64,000 nucleotides of DNA from Octopus sinensis (taxonomy: Eukaryota). The first letter of the stretch is position 1; the number at the start of each line of letters is the position of its first letter. Positions 38,303-50,352 of this stretch are shown piece after piece. The notes beneath the pieces were generated by a model. The model made no database searches and was not told where the DNA came from. It worked only from the letters and a program-made list of their open reading frames with translations. The DNA lies in NCBI RefSeq assembly GCF_006345805.1, contig NW_021831284.1, positions 496,001 to 560,000 of the forward strand, given 5' to 3'. Position numbers and translations under genes: made by a program.

Positions 38303-41300
38303 CTATTTTTTATGTTTTTGTTTGGTTTTCTTTCCGGTTTCTCTAAATTCATCCACTGAATCGATTTTTATCTCTGAAATTTTGTTTATTAATTCAGCGT
38401 ATTCTTCAGAAGCTAAAACTAAAAAATATCAAAAAAACTGAATGTTTTTTGAAATCTCTCGTCCTTCTTACAAAATTCATTTTCATAAATCGAATTTTTT
38501 ACTAAAATTAATTAACACAATATGACGAATAAACATTGATTAATTTCTTCAATCGGATATGTATCAGTCAAAAATGTTTCTAAATCAACAAAAATTGTTA
38601 CTTGTCGAAAATAAAAAATTATCTCCTGAAGTTTCACTATCAAATTCACTGTCAGAGGTCAAAGAAACTATTAAATTGTACGCTTGTTTGTATTTAACTT
38701 TTAGTAGTTTTTGAAAAGGCTTTTATATCGAATTTTTGATCTTCAGATGACTAGTTAAATAATAAATTAACTTCTACGCTGTTCATATTAATTAAATATT
38801 TTTGAGATTTTTGAGCGTCAATTTTCTTTTTTTGAAATTCCTGGTCACTTTTTATCGTATAATTTGTTGGAATTACCTCTACCCGTTCATCTCCTTTAAG
38901 TAATATTTATAGAGAAGACAGACCTAAAGGCAGAATATTTCCATTATTTTTGATAGAAATTGAATTAAAATCGAATTGATCTGTTTCAAGAATATTATTT
39001 CTTTCTTCGGTAACATTTTCAGTATCCGAAAGTATCGCTTCGATTTTAAAAGTTTCTACAGTTTCTTGTATAAATTTGTATGCGTCTAATATTTCTCCTT
39101 CCAGTTCTAGACGAATTTGTTCTATTTTTCTATTTTCAGAACGTTTTAATTCTTGTTGAATAGTTTCGTCATCAATTTTTGTAAGATTTACAGTGTAAGA
39201 AGACTCGTCTGATCATGTAATCAAAAATACCTTTAATATTTCCTAAATCTTTTACTGATACACACATATTTTTTGCCTCATCTTTCACAAATAAGAAATC
39301 AAAATCATCATGGTTGTCATTACGATCTTCAGTGGAATGTAATACTTTTTTGATAATATCGTTTTGTAGATTTTCTTTAATAAATTCAACGGCATCGACA
39401 ATTTCATTTTCTAGCTGTTTCTGGATAGTATGTATCATATCTATCACACATATTTATATCATATTACCAGGCTCCTCTTTATTTTTGATATCTAAAAATA
39501 GTTTTAATAATGAATCAATACTTTCGACCGATATTTTATTAGTAGACGAGTCGATATCAGGCTTATCAATTATGGGTTGAGACTTTGTGCGCGTTTTTGA
39601 TGTTTTAATTGTATTTCTGTCACGCTCTTCTTTCATTTCCCTCCTTTTCTGGATTTCTTCTTCTTTTTTTAGCATTTTAAGCTTTCTCTTATTTTCTTTT
39701 TTTTCGAGTTGAGATTCATATGGGTTATTTGTTTTTTTCTGGATACTTTCAATGTTACAGGTTATATCGAGAGAAGGTAATGCTTTAACGGTGTCAGTAG
39801 GGATTGATTTTTGGGTACTGACGACATCTAATTTATCGGTTTCACGTATTTCTTCAGGCTCTTGAGTCTTAGTTATATCTTTATTCGTGATATATACATT
39901 TTCTGGCACTTTCAAAACTTCAAGCGATACAGCTTTTTCAGATTTTTTGAATTCTTCCACTTTCTGAAGATTCGTATTATTAGCATTAGTAGATTTTTTG
40001 TTCATTTCTCTGACAACTAATCAAAAATAATAACAATCACGTTTACTTTGACGTAAATTTTCTTTATCTTCTTTTGATAGTGAAATGGTTGGAAGACCAC
40101 TGAAATTATAAATATTCTTATTTTCATATATTTTATCAACTTTAAAATAATATTAAATAATCGAAAATGATAAATTTAAAAATTATTTACCTCTTTCGGT
40201 TTTAAGTAAAACATCATAAACTTTTGTTGGATATATTACCTCGTTACTATGAGCTTAAAATATATTAGATTTAATCTAACTCAATGTAATTTTCTTTTCA
40301 AAATTAATAACATTTTTTTCTGAATTGTTTTCGGATTGTACCTCTATTTCGCCATATCGATTGATTGTTTTATTTATTTGATGATTTAATGAATTTGTAA
40401 TTTTATTCATATCTAATTTAAATATTTATGAAAACTTTTTTGTTTATTTTTTTCAAGTATTTTGTAATAATCTTTTAAAAATTGCTCATCATCCCAAATA
40501 GATTCAGTTTCTAATTAGTAAAAATGATTTTTATTACTATAAATAATTTTATAATCTTTTTTAGCTTTAGGAAATTGAGTGACAGCTAAAATTAATCAAA
40601 TATACAATTACAAAATTTTGATTGTTCAATATTATATTTTTTTTCTTTCTTGATTTTACCTAAAATTTTTTTTTATTATTACCTTTTGCTTTCTCATTAT
40701 CTTCTGATAGACCCATTTGTGATATGGGTTCAACTTCTTCAGGCGGAACAACTGTCAATGATTCCTTTCCTACTTGAGTTTGAACATTAGACCCTTCAGT
40801 ATTTTTTTATTTTAATATGAATACTTTGAATGACTAACTTATTATTAAGATTTTGTTTTTCTTTTAATAATTTTATTTCTTTATTTGTTTTTTTAAAAGT
40901 TTCTATAACATATTACGAAACAATAAAAACCGTTTGCTTCTTTGATAATAAATTCGAAGCATTCATGATATGTTACAAAAAATAATGAAAATTGATGAAT
41001 ATCATCTTTTAAACTGGAATCAAATTCTCGAATCAACCCCGAAATTCTATTAAAGCTGAAAGGGGGATAAATAAATTTGTATTTTTTGTGAAAAAGACTT
41101 GCAGGATGATATTTTGTTGGATAAAGAAAAATAATAGAATCTGGTGAAATAAAATGTTTTGGTCTTATATCTCCAGCCTTAAATGTTGAAATCGGGAAAA
41201 AAAATGTTGAAATAATTTTAGTGGCTTCAAGATCTTGATAATCATAATAAAAATTTTTAAAAACAGCAATTTTCTTTTTGTAATAAAATCCATGTAAACT

Positions 41301-42559
41301 TTTATTTAAAAATGAAGATGGAACTAAATAATATTAATAAGTAATAATGCCTATTTTATTTTTTTCTTTTTCGATAACCCATAAAACTGAATTATTTAAT
41401 TCAATAAATGGCATTTTCTTGTCTGATTCTATACCCGAATAAAATTTATCTTTTTCTTCAAGTTTTTTCCGATACAAGTTAATAGTATTAGAACCCACAA
41501 CCACTTGATCAAAAAATGGGTAAATTAAATACAAATCTGGAAAGTTCAAGATTTATTTTACATATGTATATTAACGAGTTTTTAATATTCTGTACATATT
41601 CAGATTCCTTTTCAACAAAATGAAACATTCCTTCTATAAAACAAAATAAAATCTACCGTCATTTTTCCATCTGTAAAATGATTTTTCACGGAAATCATAA
41701 ACACACACTATATATAGTTAATAAATTAAAATACTCAAATAAAATTTATTTTCACGATATTCAATACTCCCTATGAACTGATCGAGAACAATAGTTTCTA
41801 ATTTATATATTTTTTTGAATTTACCGGATATTGCAACTGGGTAGTTAGAATACGTTTGTTCATTTCTGAAAATAATTGCTAAAAAATTAATAAAATAATG
41901 AAAAGCTTAATGGTGTTGGTTTATCTGGGAGAAATTTATTGCCTATTATAAATTTATTAGTATTAAAAATACAAGAATCTTCCTCCATTTGAAAAACAGA
42001 TGGATTCTCAATTACTTCATCACACTTTGTAGATATTTCGAATGAATCATGTTGACTTAGCGGTATATTATGAGAGTAATTTACTAATTATATACAAAAT
42101 AATTCTATTACTTTCATAAAAATATGTTTCTTGCATTGATTTCGGAATATCAGGTAAAGAATAAAAATTTAATAAATTTGGGATATCTTTAAATTTTATT
42201 ACCCAAAACATACCAAATGAAGTAGTTTGCATATATGGATAATATTCTAAAAAATTTTTTTGGTAAAAAAACCTGGATAATACTGAAAAGGAATAAATTC
42301 TATATTTTTATACAATAATGAAACGTGTATATGGATTGTATATGTATGGATAAAAAAGATTTGAATTTAAATTAAGATCATAATCTAAATGGTTTTATTT
42401 TTCAACATGAACAAGAGTATGGAGTCAGAAGATCTTCCGAAACAGCATTTTCTGTGAAAAACATAAGATTTATTTGAAACCTGCAGGCTCATTTTGAACT
42501 TCAGGAAGATCATTTTGATTAGAATCATCAACCTTTGATTTAGAATCATCAACCTCCAT
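38303..42559 (-). CDS. Intron-dense orphan gene with a Tyr/Phe-rich N-terminal half and a Lys/Glu-rich coiled-coil C-terminal half
   Basis: It starts MEVDDSKSKVDDSNQND. Regular 22-31 nt GT-AG introns link ORFs 41334-41549, 39454-40005 and 39172-39447. No family recognised; it could be more than one gene. Confidence 0.65.
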
Positions 42560-42654
42560 TTGATTAATTTATTAGAGGAATTAAACAGAATTCAAATGAA
42601 AAATTATATTTATAAAGATAAAATTATGTAATAAAAAATTACGTAATTAATATA

Positions 42655-44240
42655 CAGTATGGTCCAAAAATAGTACACCCCTTGTTTTTTTGTCGAAAAA
42701 GTCTTATATCTGCTAAAATAATACATTTATTTAATTATTTTTTTGTGAATTATATCTGTTTTAGAGTTTAATGAATTTTTCACTTTATAGAAAATCGAAA
42801 TGAATTTAATTATACATATATTTTAAAAAATTAATGATTTTTTAATGGTCCATAAATAGTACACCCTTAACAAATTCAACATCTGTTGTGCTTTAAAATT
42901 ACCTAATAAAGTTTTATTTAATATACAAAAATATTTTTATTTTTAGTTTATGTTTTTTTATTTTTTTAAAGTAATTATTTAACTAAATAATTATCTTATT
43001 GTCAGATTTTTTTTATTTATGACGTCAAATGTTTCAATTTTTCTTTTTAAATAGCACCACATGTCTTCAATTGGATTTAAATCTGGCAAATTTTTTTTTT
43101 CTGTCAAAAAACTTTTAGTCTTCTTTGCAGTATGCTTCGGATCGTTATCTTGTTGGAAATTCGGATTTTCTGAATGATCGTTGATAAAGGGCATCATTTT
43201 TTCCTCAAGTATATTAATGTACATGTCTGCATTCATGATTCCATTTATGGTATAAAGTTCACCAGGTCCTTGGAAGCTCATAAATCCACATATCTTTATA
43301 TTTCCGCCGCCATGTTTCATTGTAGATACTATGCATTTTGGATTTAGTGCACCGCCATTTTTGCGCCACATATGCTTAATTCCATTTGATCTGAACAAAT
43401 TGATTTTGGTCTCATTTGACCACAGAATTCTATTCCAAAAATCCATATTTTTGCCTACATATTTTTTTGCAAATTGTAAACGGTTTCTTTTGTACCTTTT
43501 TGACAATAACGGTTTCCTTCGAAATATCAGCCATATAAATTGCATTCATGTAGTCTCCTTTTTATTGTAGATTTTTATATTTTAATAACAGAATAAGATT
43601 CCAATTGTTTTGCAATTGCAGATGAAGAGATTCTTGGATTTTTTTCAGCAGAACGTCTGATTAGACGGATAGATCTGATAGATAACTTCTTCGGTCTCCC
43701 TCTTTCTCGATTTAAAATGCCGTTTATTCCGTTTTTCGGTATTTTTGTACAATCTTAGCAACGGTGTTCTTGCTAATCTCAAGTTTTTTGGCAATTTTTT
43801 TGTATCCATAGTTGTCCTCGTGTATGGAAATAATACGATTTTTAATATCTGAAGAGAGATCAACATTACGAAAGTTCATGTTAATTATTTTGACAATAAG
43901 ATAATTATTTAATTAAATAATTACTTTAAAAAAATAAAAGAACATAAACTAAAAATAAAAATATTTTTGTATATTAAATAAAACTTTATTAGGTAATTTT
44001 AAAGCACAACAGATGTTGAATTCGTTAAGGGTGTACTATTTATGGACCATTAAAAATTCATTAATTTTTTAAAATATATGTATAATTAAATTCATTTCGA
44101 TTTTCTATAAAGTGAAAAATTCATTAAACTCTAAAACAGATATAATTCACAAAAAAATAATTAAATAAATGTATTATTTTAGCAGATATAAGACTTTTTC
44201 GACAAAAAAACAAGGGGTGTACTATTTTTGGACCATACTG
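42655..44240 (-). mobile_element. Tc1-family transposon with 350-bp IR/DR-type TIRs and a defective transposase
   Basis: TIRs 42655-43004 and 43891-44240, TA on both sides. RRKPLLS, WNRILWSNETK (first Asp changed to Asn), KHGGG, FQQDNDPKH, PDLNPIE with the preceding WPSQS-type segment deleted. Confidence 0.95.
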
Positions 44241-44639
44241 TAGTTGATCAAATAAATCACAATATTTTGTGCTGGTCTAAAAATAATCTAAAAGCGTTAG
44301 AATATTGATTCGAAAAACGATTAAAATAGCATAAAATTACATCGATTTCAGTCATCAGTAATTTCTAGTTTATAATTAAGTCAAAAAGGGAAAGTTGATC
44401 ACTAGCTTTAATTTAAGCTTTCAAGTCAGACAAAGATTGATTTATCTACTAGAGTGCTCACACTCAGAACTGAGTTTTAACAACAAAAATCATTTTAAAA
44501 ACTGATTTAATCGAAATTAAAGACACCTTTATAAAATGATTTATATAATAAAATTATTAATTGATAATTGTTATTTGATTATTAAACATTATCGTGTGGA
44601 TTACCTAAGTGTATGTACTTAAATTAAATCACATTCAAC

Positions 44640-45965
44640 ATGAGTATGCAACCTAATCACACTCCATGTGAATCCGATCGGATGAGTATAATTGATTCGA
44701 CTAGTGAAGTTGGAGAAAGTGATGCCAGCAGCATAGATGCTGCTTCTTTCCGAAGAATTCAAACCTCCCAACTCTCAAGAGAACAACTTATAAGAGAACT
44801 GGACACCATGTATGTTCTTTGCACACAATACAAGTCTGAAGCCAACTCTTATAAAATGTTATGTAAAAATTTGAGAGAGGAGAATAAAATGTGGCGGAAA
44901 AACAGCGTCGACATTGTAAATTATATTTTTTTCGATTTTCTGTAGCAAGCTCGGGCTGAACAAGAAGGGGAGTTTATAAGCAATACTCTAATGAGGAAAA
45001 TTCAGGATCTAAAGAAAGATCAAGAAAAAATTTCAATTCAATACGAAATGGAAGAAGAACGCCTAACAAATGAACTGACCAGAAAAATAGAAAAAATCCG
45101 ACAGGAAAAGAAAGAACTTGAAGAGACGCTTGTAAAGGAACATAATAATCACGTCAATATACTCCAACGACATATTCGAAGTCTAGAGGCCCAGGCTGCT
45201 GTCAAAGAGTCAGCTCTCGATAAAGTAATCAATCTCATTAGAATAATTCAAAATACTTAAAAAATTAATTTTGAATAGCTCAGAAGAGATAAAATCGACT
45301 TGGAAAATGTATTGGAGAATGAACAAGAAGCACTGGTCAATAAATTATGCCGACGAATCGATAGGCTTGAGACAGAAAAGAAGTATTATAAAGAGGGTTA
45401 ATATTTTTAGTGCACTCAGTAAACGAATAAGTGAAAAAACATCAATTACTGAAAGTGATAGCCGAGAAGCACCCTCTAGTAGTTTATCTGTCGAAAAATT
45501 ATCTACAAAATATGTTGGGCTGCGTTCTGAATTGATTTCACTCCGCCAAAGATTGCATTCGCAAAGAAACATGGGAATTGAGAAAGTTAAACGGCTATCG
45601 AGAGAGGAAACTTTGCTGCGAACAAATAATCGTCGTCTTCGTCAAAAATCGGGTGATAACGAAAGAATAAGACGTTTGCTTATCTCTGAGAGTGAATCGA
45701 GTATGGACATGGACGATGACTCGTTTGTTGATTTGTTTTACTTTAGTTCACGCCCAGAGTTGTTGCGGACGTCAGCTAATTCAAATGAAAGGACTTCCCG
45801 TCCAAGCGAAGGGAACACCTTTACTGATTCATCTCGACCCGTATCTGTCTTATTTTTAGATTTTTTAAATTTTCTTAGACTTCACTTCAAAAAGATTCAA
45901 AAGTTGTGTTTAATCTTGGAAATATAAATGAGAATCCAGAAGAGGGTTCTGCTGAAAAGTCATAA
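44640..45965 (+). CDS. CCDC6: Coiled-coil domain-containing protein 6 (DUF2046)
   Basis: Spliced [25 protein letters not shown]...[15 protein letters not shown]...[19 protein letters not shown]. Confidence 0.9.
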
Positions 45966-46319
45966 TTGTTTTTTTCAAATGATTAGTCTTTTCCTAGACA
46001 ATAAGGATTAATTCTATGGAATTTGTTTAAATGATAAAATTAAATATATAGAATTTAATGGTAGTTCTAGTCAAAATCAATTAAATAGTTGATTGAATAT
46101 TGTGATTAACATTGTGATTTAATAAACATTATTAGATTAAATAAACTTCTGCAGTACAATAAATCGAATTATTGATTTACAGATTTTCGTCACTTTTAAT
46201 AGACCGCACAATAGAAAACCAAAGTTTGTTTCCTAATAATAAAATTAAGGAAATATCTCTTTCCCTAAATTAAAAAATTCTGACAAATAAGTTATTAAAA
46301 ATAATTCACAAAGTAAAAA

Positions 46320-47702
46320 TCACTGAAAGTTTGGCATTTTCAAATTTACAGACTGATTTTCATATTTAATTCTTTTTGAAACATTACCAAAATGTGTTGG
46401 TAATGTACCATTATTCTTATCATTTCCAACCGTTTTTTCAAACACGCTCTGAGTTGTCGTACAATCCAATTCAACGAATGAATCAGTCTTCCAAGTCGAA
46501 TCATTAGACGAAGGACGGTCACTTTTCCCAGGCGGATCACCAACTGAAGAAAGCTCAGCATCTGGACACGGAGGCAGGTTTTTAGAATTATCCGACACGT
46601 TCGAATCAGCCGGAATAACTGAGAAAATTCCCCCAGTCAACTACAAAAAGAATCTTAAATAAACAGTTACTGTAAACATGAGTTGCTTCCTAACTTGAAT
46701 AGGAGTAGACATAATTATCCTATGAAAGTGCTTTGCAACCTCTAGCAACTTTTAATATAATTAAAACGCTTATAATCAGCCCTATCTTCAGGAAGTGTCC
46801 ATTTAGTGGCCAATTCGGAAACCAGCTGTAGAACAGACTAAGCAAATCAACAAGAAGAACAACATTATTAGACGTATGAAGAGCCGACATGTACAAGCAG
46901 GCGCACGCGATCAACCCCGAAGAACACTGATTCGGCAACATGGTCATGGAAATACTAATCACGAGTACTCAGTCTCGTAATTATTAAACCTAGCTGACGC
47001 CAACATGGTGGCGACCTTGAACGGCAAAACTCCGTGTGTAGCTATTGATATCAAAAATGGTACAAATACATGAATATTGTCTGTAAGCTTTAATTATATA
47101 ATAATGTGGGTGGATGTAGTTAATGTCAAAGTCTACAAATCTTATTTTATACACACACCTAATGTATGGAGAATGAAAGATTCGATTATCACAATTTTGT
47201 CACGAAATGACTATATAAATAACAATTTAATACAAAATCAACCTTAATTTGAAATTCGCTAAAGTTTTTGTTGCATTTTGGGTCTTTTACCATCAGACAA
47301 AACACTCTCACAACCTCCGCCAATATGCGATTGTAGTCTTCGTATTTTGAAGCCAAAAGAATACAGGCAGCCCCAACATACTTAAAAGAGTGGTTCGACA
47401 GTTATAAACCTCTTTTTGGAATTTATTGATAGGTTGTTTCATATAAAAACACTGCAGAATACGAATTGCTGTCATTCTGGTGAGATGGTTACTAAATTGG
47501 AAGAAAGTTAGCCATTTAAAGTCAACTACCATTCCAAATGGTTAGACATTGTGTAAATGAAACAGGCCATTTTTTGACGGAAATAGTACTCTGTCCTATA
47601 AGGAATTTGTATTGCTCTTGATGGAGTCTGGTCGAGTTTGTCGTCGTATAGGAACAGTTTTGACTTGTCAAAACGTGTTAAATGTTTTTTATAAGTTGAC
47701 AT
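46320..47702 (-). CDS. Transcriptional cyclin, cyclin T-like
   Basis: LDQTPSR...EYYFRQKMACFIYTMSNHL, TAIRILQCFYM, GAACILLASKYED, ESFILHTL.FDI..HPH, IACACLY (two cyclin boxes). Confidence 0.75.
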
Positions 47703-48367
47703 CAAATATATTTCAACTATATTTTGTATTAATTGATAATATAGAAGAAAATGTATCAATTATAACAAACTAACATGTAACAACGAACAGTGCAGGACCA
47801 CACTACTATAAGATTTATTTTTAATAATTTAAAATGATTAATTTCTTTATTTTTAATATAACTAAATTAATTCTTTTCATCAATTTCATATTAGAAAATA
47901 TATTATAATTTTTTAAAATTTTTTAGCAATATTAATAAACTGATTATTTAAACATATTTGTTTACTTTACATGAAAAATACTTATAAGTTTATTGATAGC
48001 ATAATAATCAATGCTTTTTAGAGTTATTAATATGTTTCAAGTGGACTCGAATGATTTCTTTTGACACGTGAAGCTGAAATTAGAATTTAAGAGAATTCTC
48101 AAAGTCTCAAATGTAATCCCAGGCTTAATTTTGAGCTGTTCGACACAATAATTTAAAGAAATTTTAAAGTTTCATCCAGTCACCATTTCTTCCATAGGCC
48201 TCGATAATAAGATTTTGCAGCCTCAGATTTTTTTATTTGCGCAGGCATACGAATGAAAAATGAAATTTTTTCGCAGACATGCAAATATGTAGGTTTTTGC
48301 TTAAACGCGTTTCCGATTGATTTTGACATTTTTGAACAAAAATTATTTTTTGTAAGTACCACTTTGC

Positions 48368-48740
48368 ACCCACTCGCTACTAGGAAAAGATACCTTACAG
48401 AAAAACTGCTGTACTTACATCAGTCTCGGGGAAATTACCAACATTCTATGGATAACTATTTTTTCTCCGTGGCAATGGGACTCTCCCCAAATGACGAATA
48501 AGAGCTCATGCTGAATGGCATATATACAGCTGCTGATAAACACATTGGAAAGCAGACAAATAAATCCCAGGGAAAGGAATGCTATCCAGGAGTGCATGCA
48601 CGTGCCGGTGAGCAAAAAGATCTCAAACTCAGAATTGAAAGTAAGTACGAGGGTAGCAATAAATCTGCACTCAAGAACGAACGTGCCAGAATAGATAGGA
48701 TGGTTCAGAAGATCGCCTCGCTTGTTACACGTGTGGTATT
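48368..48740 (+). mobile_element. RTE-like LINE fragment
   Basis: PLATRKRYLTEKL, NGIYTAADKHIGK and EQKDLKLRIE match the linker region of the LINE at about 60650-61830 in the opposite orientation. Confidence 0.7.
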
Positions 48741-48777
48741 ATAACTTTGATTATGTTCATACGGACAGTGTCATACG

Positions 48778-48870
48778 GACCACTTTGCTTTTGGTAAATA
48801 TTACTTTGCCTTTGGTAAAAACCACTTTGCTTATAGTAAGTACTACTTTGCCTTCAGTAAGAACCACTTT
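48778..48870 (+). repeat. 21-bp minisatellite, about 4.5 copies
   Basis: Units such as aaccactttgcttatagtaag and tactactttgccttcagtaag; a detached partial unit lies at 48352-48368. Confidence 0.85.
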
Positions 48871-49859
48871 AAACCTGAAATGGTATAGAATAATTACTGA
48901 AGTAGTATTCTATAATAAAATCATCACTACGAATGGACAAAACGTGAAACATCTGATAACTAAACATATCACTTTACCCAAGTTACTAAAGTATCAAGCT
49001 GTGATAAACCTATGAAACTGATAGCTCTAAGAGAGGTTTATTACTTGAAAAAATAATATTTAGCTTATTCAAGCAAACTCTATCTGGAAAGAGTATACTA
49101 ATAATAATGTTCGGAACTACTATTACAATAAAGTTACTGGAACAACTTAATCGGAAAAGCTTTGATATCTATTTGAGATTGAAAGTATTAAAAATGCATA
49201 TTTAATTATAAAATGCGAGAAATATTTGAATTTGATGAAAGAGAAAAGTACTTTTCAAAGTGATTCTCCAATTACAGACATTTCTTTGATTGATCTATTA
49301 AAGATGAATTTCCATAATTGTGATAAATCTTTCTTTGATATTATTTCGTAAAACAATACTGAGATTTGGTGCTCTCCATAATGACGATGTATGAATAATA
49401 AATCGACATATATTCAAAAATTCGGATTGCTGCTTTTCTGCCATAAATATTTCGTTCCCAGCAGTATAATTAGGAAAAATTTTCCCATTGGAAAAAATAA
49501 ATCCCTTAACAGGGAAATATTTTTTGAATAATGAAATATAATATATGTATTAGAGAGTCATGGAGTATAACTATATAATAAAAAATTTAAACCATTAAAA
49601 GAAGTATTAAAATATGTGATAAAAACTAAAAATGACTCAAATATCGATTATTTAAAGTTATAATCAAATTCTTCAATTTTTGAAAATTTTCACCTGCACT
49701 CTCTACTGATTATGATGTTTGATGATCCAATTCAATTTCTGTACGAAAAAATCCCAAATTTTGACACAAAAACTAACTTTAGTTCTACCCAAAATTCAAA
49801 TCAAGCCCTAACCATATTTTGACTCTAAATCCTAACATTCCGCAGATCAAGTTTAACAT

Positions 49860-50220
49860 CCACGTGATGATGGAATAGAGCATCCTTTGAAAGAAAGAGA
49901 GTTCGGAACGCGTGTACGGCAGCTTCACAGCCGTTTGGGATCCCGACTCCCAATTGAAGTGGAGCTAGTTCGGCGCTGAGGCGTAGACTGACGTGTCGTG
50001 CGCCAGCTTTAGCGGCAAACGGCGGAACAAGTTGCCAACAGCGATCGGACGAATACCGCCATCCTTTTTTCTGAATGCCAGTAGATGAGACGAGAAAAGT
50101 AGCTTCGTAGCAAAATTCGGGATGTTCCCGCTCAGCAACCGGTTTATAAGTGTGGTGATAGCAGTGAGTAGAGTTTGGCCTGCCTCGGCGGTCGTTTCTT
50201 GAAAGGATTCGCGAGGAGAG
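49860..50220 (-). mobile_element. CRE-clade reverse transcriptase N-terminal fragment
   Basis: LLAFRKKDGGIRPIAVGNLFRRL...QLGVGIPNGCEAAVHA. Confidence 0.85.
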
Positions 50221-50352
50221 AGGTTGTGAATAAATAACAACATTTATTTAAAAAAATTAACTAAAATCCATGAATCAAGCTAAAATTACAAAAACATAAG
50301 AAAGAGCATAAATATTCGCACTTTAAAGATCATAAATAAAAGAATAATCATT

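Noticed and set aside
48778-48870. Short regular repeats as a CRISPR array
   Set aside because: The units are contiguous with no unique spacers, there are no cas genes, and the context is eukaryotic.
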